In this document: one piece after another, positions 24,463 to 35,215 of the stretch
Numbering within the stretch: the stretch's first letter is position 1
Layout of the letters: every line of letters begins with the position of its first letter
Assembly: GCF_006345805.1 (NCBI RefSeq)
Contig: NC_042998.1
Span: forward strand, 150,846,001 to 150,910,000
DNA: 64,000 nucleotides
Direction: 5' to 3'
From: Octopus sinensis
Taxonomy: Eukaryota
The notes under the pieces: model-generated
Database searches by the model: none
Told to the model about the DNA's origin: nothing
What the model saw: only the letters and a program-made list of their open reading frames with translations
Program-made: the position numbers and the translations under genes

Positions 24463-27400
24463 ATGATCAAGATTGGTTGTGTAAGTGCGCGTGGCTTGGG
24501 GTCCCCTTGGAAACAAGGGTACCTCTTAAATGACATAAAGTTACATAAGTTAGAAATCATAGCCATAAGTGAGACCAGACTCCACAATCTGCAGGCCCTA
24601 AAGACCATGTTCAACATTTATTTTCCCCCCTGTCTGCCAAGAATGGGCGGTAGTGGCACCGCGGTACTTTTTTGCAAGAGTCTGGATCTCAAAGTAAAGA
24701 CAATATTCGTAGACCCGGAGGGTAGACTAGTCGTTCTGGATGTCGACGGCAGCAATGGGTGCGCTTTTCGACTCGTATCAGTCTACGCACCACCTTTAAC
24801 ACGTCGGGCGGATTTCTTTCAACGTCTAGAAGTATTCTTGGGAACGTCTCATCCTTTACTCATTGTGGGGGATTGGAATGCTGCCTTGGACACGCATGTA
24901 GACTACGTGGGCAGAGATAGGAATAGACGGGGTTGCAAATGCCTCAGAGATCTGCTCAGACGCTTTCAACTGTCTGACAGGTACCGACTAGACCACCTGA
25001 GATCGTATTTAGATAGGATTCTGTGTAGGACAGTAGATAGAGATAGCGTAGGATGTCTACAATTCAACATAGTCAGCTACACGGATCACAAACTTGTGAC
25101 ATGTACGCTAGACTTAGGTAAGACACATAGGCAGGGTCCCGGATACTGGAAACTAAACGCGTCTTTCCCATCGAGACAGGTTTTCAGAGACCGGATTAGC
25201 ACACTAGTAAAGAGGGCGTTGACGGGAGACATCATCAACAACAAATGGTGGTTCGCCCTCAAGAGAGCAGTAAAAGCAGAAGCGATTAGGTGCAGCAAAG
25301 CACTAACAATAGATAAAAACAGAGTAGAGGGTGAGCTAGTTAAGAAGCTAGAAGAAGCAACTAGAAGCGGCATCGCGTCCGACGTTTTGGCGGTGAGGCT
25401 GGCCCTCGACCAAAACTTCAACGCCAAACACGAAGGGTGTGTTGTTAGAGCTGGGATGCGTGCTCTAAGGAACGAAGGTGTTGGAGCCGCGAGAGAGGCA
25501 CGGGTGGCAGAGGCGCAACAGGGCAACAAAGCCACCGTTCGGTCTCTGGTAGATGAACAGGAGCGCGAATTGCTCGAGCCAAGTAAAATGTGTGAGGCCT
25601 TTCAACAGCATTTTGCCTGACTGTTCGGGACGAGTGGCGGGCAAGAACGTAGGGTGGACTTCAGTGCCTACCTACACAGCCTACCTCGACAAGAGAGGCA
25701 GGGAGCTGCGAAGGTGCCATCACGACGGCGGAAGTGCAGGACGCGATGGCAGAATGCTCGAGGGTCAAATCGCCGGGTTTGGATGGTCTACCCTACGAGC
25801 TTTACAGTTGTATGCCAGACTTGTTTGGAGACGTCTTGGCGGCGGTGTACTGCAACTGGCAGCAAAACGGGAGCATTCTTGGTTTTGTGAGCCGAGGAGC
25901 CGTGACACTGCTGGGGAAAGATCTAAACAAGGGGAATGTAATAGATAACTTTAGGCCAATCACTCTGCTTAATGCAGACTTGAAAATTTTGGCCAAGGTG
26001 TTAGCCAAGGGGTTGGCGCTTGTCATCGAGAAACTGGCCGACAAGGCACAAACGTACGCCGTGTCGGGCCGGAGCATCTATGACAACCTCCACCTGATGT
26101 GCTACATAATAGACAGTGTAGTTAAGGAACCTGGCATGGATGGGGCGCTGAAATAGTTAATCAATCGAAAGCTTTCGATAGGGTAGCCCATCGATACTTG
26201 GAGGCTGTCCTCAGAGCGGCTGGTTTCGGTCCCGTCTTCCGCAGCTGGATACGCATTTTGTACAGAGGCATCCGTTCAGTAATTCGCGTAAATGGACATC
26301 TATCGAGACCTTTCGACATTGCACGTTCGGTCCGTCAGGGATACCTCCTCTCGTCGCTTCTCTACGTATTGACTCCCAAGCCATTATTGCGGAAGCTGGC
26401 AACTCTGAGAGGCATCCCGCGAGAATAAGTTGCGGGACGAGCGTGCCTGCATACGCGGACGACGTTACCGTCATAGTGTCTAGCCACGATCACATCGAGC
26501 AGGTCGGCGAGACACCGAAAGACTACGAAGCGGTGACGAGCGAAAATCAACCGGGAAAAAACAGTGGGCTTGCGACTCGGCACCTGTAGAAGCAAGCCCA
26601 TGCCGCCCACCAGCGCCTCCGTCGTGGGACGCTGGACCGACGGTCCAGTCGAGTTGCTCGGGGTCTGGTTTGGTCCGGACCTCCAAATGGAGAAGAACTG
26701 GAACGAGATAACGAGTAGAGTGGTCACTCTCGCCAAGCAATGGGCCAAGAGGGAACTGTCCCTAAAAGGTCGGGCGGAGGTGGCGAACTCGTACATCGCG
26801 TCCGTCATCTACTACCATCTGACCGTCGTGCCTTGTCCCGACCCTACCATCACCAAACTAGAACGCATTCTCTTTCGCTTCTTGTGGAAAGGATGCGTCC
26901 CGATGGTTAGGCGATCCATTTGCTGTCAACACCTGTTAAAAGGAGGACTGGGCATGCCGTGGTTGATGATGCGCAGACACGCGCTGAGACTGAAACATCT
27001 CAGGCTCTACGTAGACGACGGTGAACAGGTGTGGTCACCGTTTGTGAGGCACGGTTTCCCGCAACTCGTATCCATGACCGAACTGCAGTCATGGATCAAA
27101 AAGAGGCCGAGAAAGGGCGAATGGCACCGCGAGTGTCGCGTTGCTCTCAAGCAACTATGCCATCCCGGGTCGACCTTGAGTGTCTTCAACACAACCCAAG
27201 CATTCTATAGGGGACTAGTGGAGGGGAGGTACGACGACGAGCTCGGGGCGAACCTGGACGTTGACGAGGAATACCTGACCCACCTGTTCGGGACGACTTT
27301 CGGGCCAGGGCCCATGGACAACTTCCAGAGATCCCTGGCCTGGCAGTGCTACCGAGAAGCGCTACCCGTTCGGGATAAGCTCTACAGACACGGCTCGAGA

Positions 27401-27835
27401 AACACGGGGCCGACCTACCCGAGATGCAGTCAGAGCGACGAAACCGTTCTGCACGCACTCGTGCAGTGTCCAACAATTTCCGACCTGTGGGCCTATGTCG
27501 AACAACTGCCGTCACGTGTGGGATAAGTCGGTTTATCAGCCGAGTCTATCGTCAATATTGTCACGCCTCCTTCCTTCAAACAGGAAGGCAGAGCTATTTT
27601 CATCATCCTTGTGGCTATGGCGAAAGAATGTATCTGGTGGACGCGTCTGAAAGGATTAGAGACAAACACTTTCCCCTCTGGTCAATCTCTCATCAACTTC
27701 TTCAAGTATCACTGGAAAAGGAAAGTGAGAGTAGGGAGGCAAGTTTTGTCTAGCGAATGTTTTGAAAAAAGATGGGTAAATGTAGCAAGGATGGCACGTA
27801 TGAATGACGAAGCCACCTTGAGCATAATCCTATGA
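24463..27835 (+). pseudogene. Tx1 ORF2 endonuclease/reverse transcriptase
   Basis: APE motifs ISETR, DPEGR, VYAP, VGDWNA, YLDRI, TDHKLV; RT motifs KSPGLDGLPYELY, FRPITLLNADLKILAKVLA, SVRQGYLLSSLLY, AYADD; C-terminal RC...ETVLHALVQCP. Split over several frames. Confidence 0.9.
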
Positions 27836-28158
27836 ACCCGGAAATTTAAAACAGCGGGTTACCTACTTGCAAACAAATGTGGTAACATGTAACAATATTG
27901 ACCAAGGTTACCATGGTCTTTTCTGTAGGCTTTTTCTTCCCACAAATAAACCTTATCTGCTTCCCCCTTTACACCTTACATCATGACACTGTGATACACG
28001 ATCCCTATTGATCGTTTTTTATCTTCTTTCCATTTTCGACCCCTTTTGATCGAAAACCTACCCTACCTTTTTTTTTCTTTCCCCAAAAAGAAAAGCTATA
28101 CTTTGTAATCTGTCCCGTCTGTGTGCAGCCCTGTGTGGCTAATAAAAAGACATATCTT

Positions 28159-28212
<54 letters not shown>

Positions 28213-28240
28213 ATTTCATATGTATAAATACGCTTGCGCA

Positions 28241-28278
<38 letters not shown>

Positions 28279-28345
28279 ACACACACACACACACAAACGC
28301 ATACATATATTAATATATGTATGTATGTATGTATGTATGTTATGT

Positions 28346-28425
28346 CAGGTCACTTCTGAGTGCTACTGGTAACATGTAACCTACTACAACCTGTTGCATG
28401 GTCGGGCCGTCGGCGACTAAACCGG
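28346..28425 (+). ncRNA. HDV-like ribozyme candidate (5' strand of P1 missing)
   Basis: P2 caggt/accgg, P3 cac/gtg, L3 ttctga, P1' ctact, GG, P4 catgtaac/gttgcatg, J4/2 CTAA at 28417-28420. Confidence 0.5.
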
Positions 28426-28959
28426 CAACCCCACCAAGCTTGATTGGTGTGGAGGGTGTTTATTGGACACCCTGCGGGATGAAAAACAAAACCCGTCAAA
28501 GGGCGGAGGAACTCTTGAGAGTCAACGGCCATCCAATAAATGTGTTTTTTTCTTCTTAAGGCTTAAGGCTGTAGCATGCGCGGGGACATAGAAATAATCG
28601 GACTGAATACCCGATCGCGCGGTTAAACCATTGGGAGTGAAGGACTCCTAGCCTTTGTTAGGGCATCCTTCTAGGAGAAGGTAACTCAGGTAACTGGGAT
28701 AACTCCGACATAAAACCTGCGGCTCAGTGGTTACCGATGATGTTGACTTGTTCTTCTTTTCGGATTATGGCTGCTGTTGCTTAGTGAGTGGGATTGACTC
28801 AGTGCACAGCCTTTCCTCACTTTAAAAAAAATCTTTTTGCACAGGCATTGCACGTTAACTACATTGGATTGATTAAATTGATTAACTAATTCATGATTGT
28901 TGATAGTGCTATGAATCTCAACTGAATGGCTGGCTGTAGCCATAAAAAGCAAAAAATCA

Positions 28960-30409
28960 ATGATGTACCAAAACAGTATAACAATAAATAGCAGTAAGGA
29001 CTCTGGAACCACATCAGCTGAAAGAGTCTGGCCCGACAGGGGCTCCAGAGCATCACAGTCTGAACCCGGCCGTCATCATCCTACTGTGATAGAACGAAAG
29101 AAAATAGTGAATATTGGCTGTTGGAATGTACGGACGCTGCTTGACCGCAAGTCCTCTGAATGTCCTGCGCTTGCTGCGAAGGACCTTCAATGCTATGATC
29201 TTGACATCGTTGCTTTATCTGAGACGAGATTACCTGGAGATGGTCATCTTACAGAATCTTGTGGAAAATTTACATTCTTTTGGAAAGGGAGGAATGAAGA
29301 GTTTAGAGGAGAAGCTGGAGTGACATTTGCTGTTAAGACTACTCTTGTGGACAAGTTGGAAGAATTCCCAATCGGAATTAACGAGCAAAGCCACAGGAAA
29401 GGGAAGTGTTGCATAGGGAACTCAAGGACATAAAATCACGTGTGAGGCAAAGGCTCTCTCAGATGAGGGATACATGGTGGAGTAAGAAGGCTGTCGAGAT
29501 ACAGGCGGCATCAGATTCGAATAACACAAAGCTGTTGTATGGTCTCTTGCGAGAAGTTTATGGACCGACGTCTTCCCTGATGACACCACTTCGAAGCAGG
29601 GATGGTAAAGAACTTCTTCGTGATTCACAAGGAATTCTGCGAAGGTGGTAAGAACACTTTGATGAACTTTTGAATCAGTAGTCTGTAGTTAGTGAGGATG
29701 TTCTCAATCTCATCCCTGGATTGCCTGTGAAGGCAGCACTCGCGGAACCACCAAAGTTGGAAGAAGTTGCAATGGCTGTCTCAAGGTTGAATAATGGGAA
29801 GTCTCCGGGTATACATGCGGAGTTGTTACAGCATGGTGGTGAGAAACTTCTGCAGGAACTTCACTCTTTGTTTGGTAAAATATGGACTAGTGAATCTGTA
29901 CCTGAGGACTGGAGAGATGCGGTAATGGTGGTCCTGTATAAGGGAAAGGGCAACAGGAATGATTGTGGTAATTATAGGGGAGTATCATTGCTGTCTGCTG
30001 TAGGAAAGGTTTTATGCAGGATACTTCTGGATCGTCTGCTGAAATACATTGCAGATTGTGTTCTTCCAGAAAGTCAATCTGGCTTTCGTGTGGGACGTGG
30101 CACTGCTGATATGATCTTTTCAGCTAGACAGCTTCAGGAAAAGTGTGTGGAACAGGGTCTGGATTTGTATCAGGTTTTTGCCTATCTGACAAAAGCCTTT
30201 GAAACCGTCAATAGAAAAGCATTGTGGAAAGTCCTCCAGAAACTTGGGTGCCCTGAAAAGTTCCTTGCTTTGGTTAGGTCTTTTCATGAAGACATGAATA
30301 GTAGGGTGAATGTTAGAGAGAAAATGTCGGAGCCCATTTCAATAGTAAATGGAGTGAAACAGGGGGATATTCTGGCACCGACCCTATTTTCCATATATTT
30401 CGCGATGGT
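28960..30409 (+). pseudogene. RTE ORF, 5' part (truncated APE and RT up to motif B)
   Basis: ORF-track pieces 28960-29433, 29406-29651 and 29721-30416 join into one RTE polyprotein; the C-terminal half of the APE domain is missing at about 29385. Confidence 0.85.
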
Positions 30410-32356
30410 TAGTTAGTTAGTTAATTTTTTGGCTCAAAAAGCAAATAGCAAGGCCATGTAGGGGGACATGGAGTTATGTACAGGGTGGTGTTCATGTAAA
30501 GAGTTCAGGCCACATGTGGTCAAGGGAGACTTTGAACCGAGCGGTCGTCGGCATCTTCACTATCTCGTCTGGCAGCTTATTCCACGGATCCGCAACACGG
30601 ACGGAGAAAGCCCCTCTCCTTCGATTGAGATGAAATCGTCGCAGATAGAGCTTTTCGGAGTGACCCCGCAGCCGACGCTCTGGAGCAGGAGTGAAGAACA
30701 GCTCTTTCGAGAGGTTACAATTTCCGCTTATGATGTTGTGAGCAAGAATGAGATCACCACGGCGTCGTCGTTTTTCTAGAGAATAAAGGTCGAGCGTCTT
30801 CAGCCTTTCTTCATAAGACAAATGCTTGAGACCAAGAACCATGCGGGTAGCCAGCTTCTGGACTCTTTCGAGATGCTGTATGTCTTTGAGGAGATAAGGA
30901 GAAGAGGCTTGAATCCCGAACTCACAGCGGGACGTAGAGCGGTAGGAATATTGCCGCTTTGAGCTTTCTGAATGACCGTCGAATCAAAAACAGAACTCCG
31001 CGTGCTTTGTTGGCAGCATGGACGCACTGGGCCGAAGGCGAAAAGGAAAAATCCACCAAGATACCCAGGTCCTTTACGTGGTCGGTCCTCTCCAGCAGCA
31101 GACGATCCGGCTCGAAATCAAGTTGGGTTTCAGGAAAAGAGCCAACAGGCAGATGACAGCACTTTGACACGTTCAGACACAGGTCCCATACGTTAGACCA
31201 TCTCCAAATTTGGTGGAGGCATCGACGAAGATCCTCTATATCACCGTGAGGAGCGACCAGTTTGACATCATCGGCAAATAGAAGGGTGTGTTGCGTGAGG
31301 TCGTCGGGCAAGTCATTTATGAAGACTAAGAACGATAAGGGCCCAAGCACTGAACCTTGAGGCACGCCACTGCTCGCACTGGAGACGTCGGACAGCGAAC
31401 CATTAACTTGGACTTGGAAGGAGCGATCTGAGAGGAAGGCACCAACCCATCGTACAATATCCGGATGGAAACTATATGCTTGAAGCTTGACAAGTAATAG
31501 GCGGTGGATTACCGAGTCAAAAGCTTTGGCAAAGTCCAATAAAACGATGTCAACAGCATCACCATCATCGAGGATGCGCGTCACCAATTCTTCCATTACC
31601 AGTAAGTTGGTCAAGCATGATCTCTTCGGCACGAAGCTGTGTTGGGAATCAGAGATAGACGCTGTGTTTTGGAGGTGGAGCATCATACTTTTCTTAAGGA
31701 TGGTTTCGAACAACTTGCTGATTATTGAAGTAAGGGAAACCGGTCCGTAGTTAAGCGGGTCTTCGCGGCTCCCTTTCTTGAAAAGAAGGTTTTCGGATTG
31801 CGACTGGCGTTTGCCGCGATTCTGTATTCATATCTGAAGCGTTCTTCCTTTTCAATTTTCACGGCTCGGTCTTGTTGAGTTTTGTACACCTCAAAAGCTG
31901 CAGTCGAATCTAGATTTTTGAATTCAGCCCCAGCAATATCTCTGAGTGGAAGTTCTCGTTTAACCTCCTTCGTCACTCAGGGCTTGTGTTTCTTCTTCTT
32001 GGGAAGCCCAACGGGAACTGCTTGGTTAGTCAACCAGATTACATATGCTTTGAGGGACGACCATAGTTCGTCAACTGAGGACATCGTCATCAGGGATCGC
32101 CAGTCCAGAAGCGCGGAAGCCTCGGTTAGAATTTCAAGATTAATTGCAGAGAAGATTCTATGTGGCAGCGAAGTAGTCGTGGGCGTAGAAAAAGTTGTGT
32201 GCATGACGAACTTCAGGACCGCATGATCACTCTTGGCAAGAGGGGTGCACACAGATAAGCCTGACACTGATCTTGGATAGCGGGAGAATACCAGATCTAG
32301 CATGGATGGCTGCTGCCCAGACCGATGCCTTGTCGGATATCGAACATGTTGCGATA
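30410..32356 (-). mobile_element. 5'-truncated CR1-clade LINE nested in the RTE RT domain
   Basis: APE end (MLDLVF...SDHAVL), RT (QHSFVPKRSCLTNLL, LDFAKAFD, GVPQGSVLGP, LFADDVKL), C-terminus LSYEERLKTLDLYSLEKRRRRGDL...RGHSEKL; (TAAC)n tail; TSD gatggt at 30404-30409 and 32357-32362. Confidence 0.93.
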
Positions 32357-33658
32357 GATGGTGTTCTGTATTGCATTCAGAAACTGCAGATATGGTGTTT
32401 ACGTCCATTATCGAACCTCTGGCAGCATATTTAATATCAGGCGCCTTGCTGCAAAAACAAAGATATTTACCTCTATCATAAGAGACCTTTTGTATGCAGA
32501 TGATTGTGAGCTAGTAGCACACACTGAGATTGATATGCAACACATTTTGAATGCATTCTCTGATGCTTGCACTGCCTTAGGATTGACAGTCAATCTCAAG
32601 AAAACTGTTGTCATGCATCAGTATAGTGTACCAAATATCTATGTGAATGGTAAACGACTTGATGTAGTGGATCAGTTTGTCTACCTGGGAAGCACTATTA
32701 ATAGATATGGCAACGTGGATGATGAAATTCCATATAAAATTAGGAAAGCAAGTGTTGCTTTCGGAAGGCTAGAAAAGCGCCTCTGGAGTCGGCGAGACAT
32801 ATGCAGAAAGACAAAGATAAAGGTGTACAAGGCATGTGTGCTCCCTTCTCTTCTCTATGCCTGCGAGACGTGGGTCACATATTGATACCACCTTAAACAA
32901 CTGGAACGTGTCCATCAGATGTGCCTCAGACGGATCTATGGCATTAAGTGGAAGGACCGCATCAGTGATCTTGAAATATTGGAAGGCTCTCGGTGTGAAA
33001 GTATAGAAGCTCTTTTGTTAAAGCAAAGGCTCAGATGGAGTGGTCATCTGATCAGAATGAAGGATTCAAGGATGCCAAAACAACTCTTTTATGGAGAGTT
33101 AGCTAAAGGAGAACGACCTCCACATAAACCAAAAAAGAGGTATAAGGACTTTCTGAAGGCTTCCTTAAGAGATGTTTGCATCTTTCCTGACACATGGGAA
33201 GGCATAGCTATTGATCGTATTGATCGCATGAGGGGACAGCCACTTTTGAGAAATCTCGAGTTGCACATGAGAAAGTAAGGAGGGATGTCAGGAAGGGCAT
33301 CGCTGTTACACTTCCAGAAGAGAAGGGTCTTCCTTTGATTCTGACATGCAATGTCTGTGCAAGACCCTGCCTCAGTAACGCTGGACTCACGAGTCATCTT
33401 CGTAGTCATAAAACGAGACAGATGAGTGACAACCTGGCCACTGGTGGTGGTGTAACACACCATACTAATCATATCTGTCGGGCATGTGGAAGAGAGTGTA
33501 ATTCGACAGGAGGACTTAAACGACATGCAAAGGTACATGAATCCCAGTTACAACAACAGCCGGCTATTACCAGTAAAGGTTTTAGTTGCCAATTTTGTAC
33601 AAGACATTGTAGATCTTTAGCTGGTCTAAAAAGTCACATTCGATCACAGCACCAGTAA
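32357..33658 (+). pseudogene. RTE ORF, 3' part with three C-terminal C2H2 zinc fingers
   Basis: LLYADDC, GLTVNLKKT, LLYACETW, RLRWSGHL.RM.DSRMPKQLFYGEL; then EGTATFEKSR...RKG and fingers CNVC-X12-HLRSH, CRAC-X12-HAKVH, CQFC-X12-HIRSQH. Confidence 0.88.
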
Positions 33659-33789
33659 TAGTTAAGCTTCGTGCAATGGCCATACTCGATAACGAGGGGG
33701 CAGCCATAATAATGTATGTATGTATGTATGTATGTATGTATGTATGTATGTATGTATGTATGTATGTATGTATGCATGTATGTATATGT

Positions 33790-34745
33790 ATATATTCATA
33801 TTAGGTCTCTCAGAGATGTCTTCAGCTGCTCAGATAGCTGCCCTTGCTAGCTATGTAGATGATACAAAAGGCTCTCAGAGGATACAGAACCCTAGAAATG
33901 TTGCGCACACCCAATGCATAGGAGGGCTGGGAACAATAACATGCAGACTAATGCTGGAAAATTTCAAGCACTCGAAGCGCTCTCAATTTCAAGTGCTACA
34001 AGTACTCGAAGCTGAATGAAATGCAGACAGGACAGCCTAACACAGGAGGAATTCCAATTCCTGAATAAAAATAAGTGCGCACCCTGGGCTTTGACATAAA
34101 TAAAGATGCATCTTTTCAGGTGCATATTACTTAGTTGGCAATAAAATACATGCTGGATGGATCCTTAGAATTTTCAGAACGAGAAAGTAGGAAACCTGGC
34201 GGAACTCGAAGCAATCCAGCAAAGCTACTCAAAAAGGATCGTCTCAATGCGACAGGTCAGCTACTGGGAAAGGCTCAAAAAATTAAAACTCAACTTCCGA
34301 GGACGAAGGCAGGAAAGATATGCAGTGATAAACATCTGAAAAATCCTAGAAGGACTTGTATCAGAATTTGGTCTTGAAAGTTACACAAACACCGGAACGG
34401 AACGACATTGAATACTACCAAAGATCCCAATATCACCATCAAGATACAGAGCCAGATACTGCAAACAGCTTGGGTTTCAAGTACCTACAGCTCTTCAGTG
34501 TACTTCCTAAAAGTCTGAAAGATGTACATAGATATAGGAGTCTTCAAAACAAAATTTGATCTCCTCTAGTCAAGGGTTCCAGATGAACCTACCACGCGGT
34601 AGGAAACGCATATGAAGGCAGCAACATCTTCTTTCACCATATGCCACATATCAGAAGAGGTTTCAAGTAATGAAAGTCTATCAAAACTGTGTCCCAGCAT
34701 GGCCGCAGCTCTCGAGCTAAAATGAGTAAAGAGTAAAAGAGTAAA
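33790..34745 (+). mobile_element. Older CR1-clade LINE 3' fragment
   Basis: LASYVDDTK (YADD relic), NNM.FNA.KF, later RTKAGKI, NSLGFK.LQLF..LPKSLK; ends gtcccagcatggccgcagctctcgagctaaaatgagtaaagagtaaaagag. Confidence 0.75.
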
Positions 34746-34980
34746 GAGTATATATATATGTGTGTGTGTGTAATTGTCTATATGTACGTATCTATCTATA
34801 TACATATGCATATAATTCCACACACACACATACACACAAGCATACTCACTTTTCTCAAGAAAATTTTCATTTTTCTTTCAGACAGTCGAATTAAAGAAAT
34901 ACAAAATAAACGAATCATATATACACATATATGTATCTGTATTTATATATATATGTAATGTATGCGTGTATGTAAATACG

Positions 34981-35087
<107 letters not shown>

Positions 35088-35123
35088 CAAATATATATGT
35101 ATATATATATATATTCATACATT

Positions 35124-35215
<92 letters not shown>

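Larger units (their letters stand above)
23310..28150 (+). mobile_element. Near-full-length Tx1/L1-clade non-LTR retrotransposon (5'-truncated within ORF1, pseudogenised)
   Basis: ORF1, 44-bp spacer, ORF2 (APE endonuclease, RT, CCHC), ~310-bp 3' UTR ending ccctgtgtggctAATAAAaaga; (TATC)n on both flanks. Confidence 0.92.
28346..33713 (+). mobile_element. RTE-clade LINE with 5' UTR, interrupted by a nested CR1
   Basis: 5' UTR motif gggcatccttctaggagaaggtaactc; APE (NIGCWNVRTL, VALSETR); RT (YRGVSLLS, QSGFRVGRGTADMIF, GVKQGDILAP, LLYADD); 3' end gaggggcagccataataat; (TATG)n on both flanks. Confidence 0.92.

Noticed and set aside
24463-27835. Treating every frameshift in the LINE ORFs as biological or as programmed recoding
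   Set aside because: Single-base slips inside (CA)n and (TA)n tracts across the window suggest some long-read indel error, so individual frameshifts need raw-read confirmation. In-frame stops and large deletions still indicate dead copies.
28346-28530. Twister ribozyme at the RTE 5' end (known from a Schistosoma RTE)
   Set aside because: The GUCNNAAGC loop and pseudoknot pattern is absent; the sequence fits an HDV-like order better.
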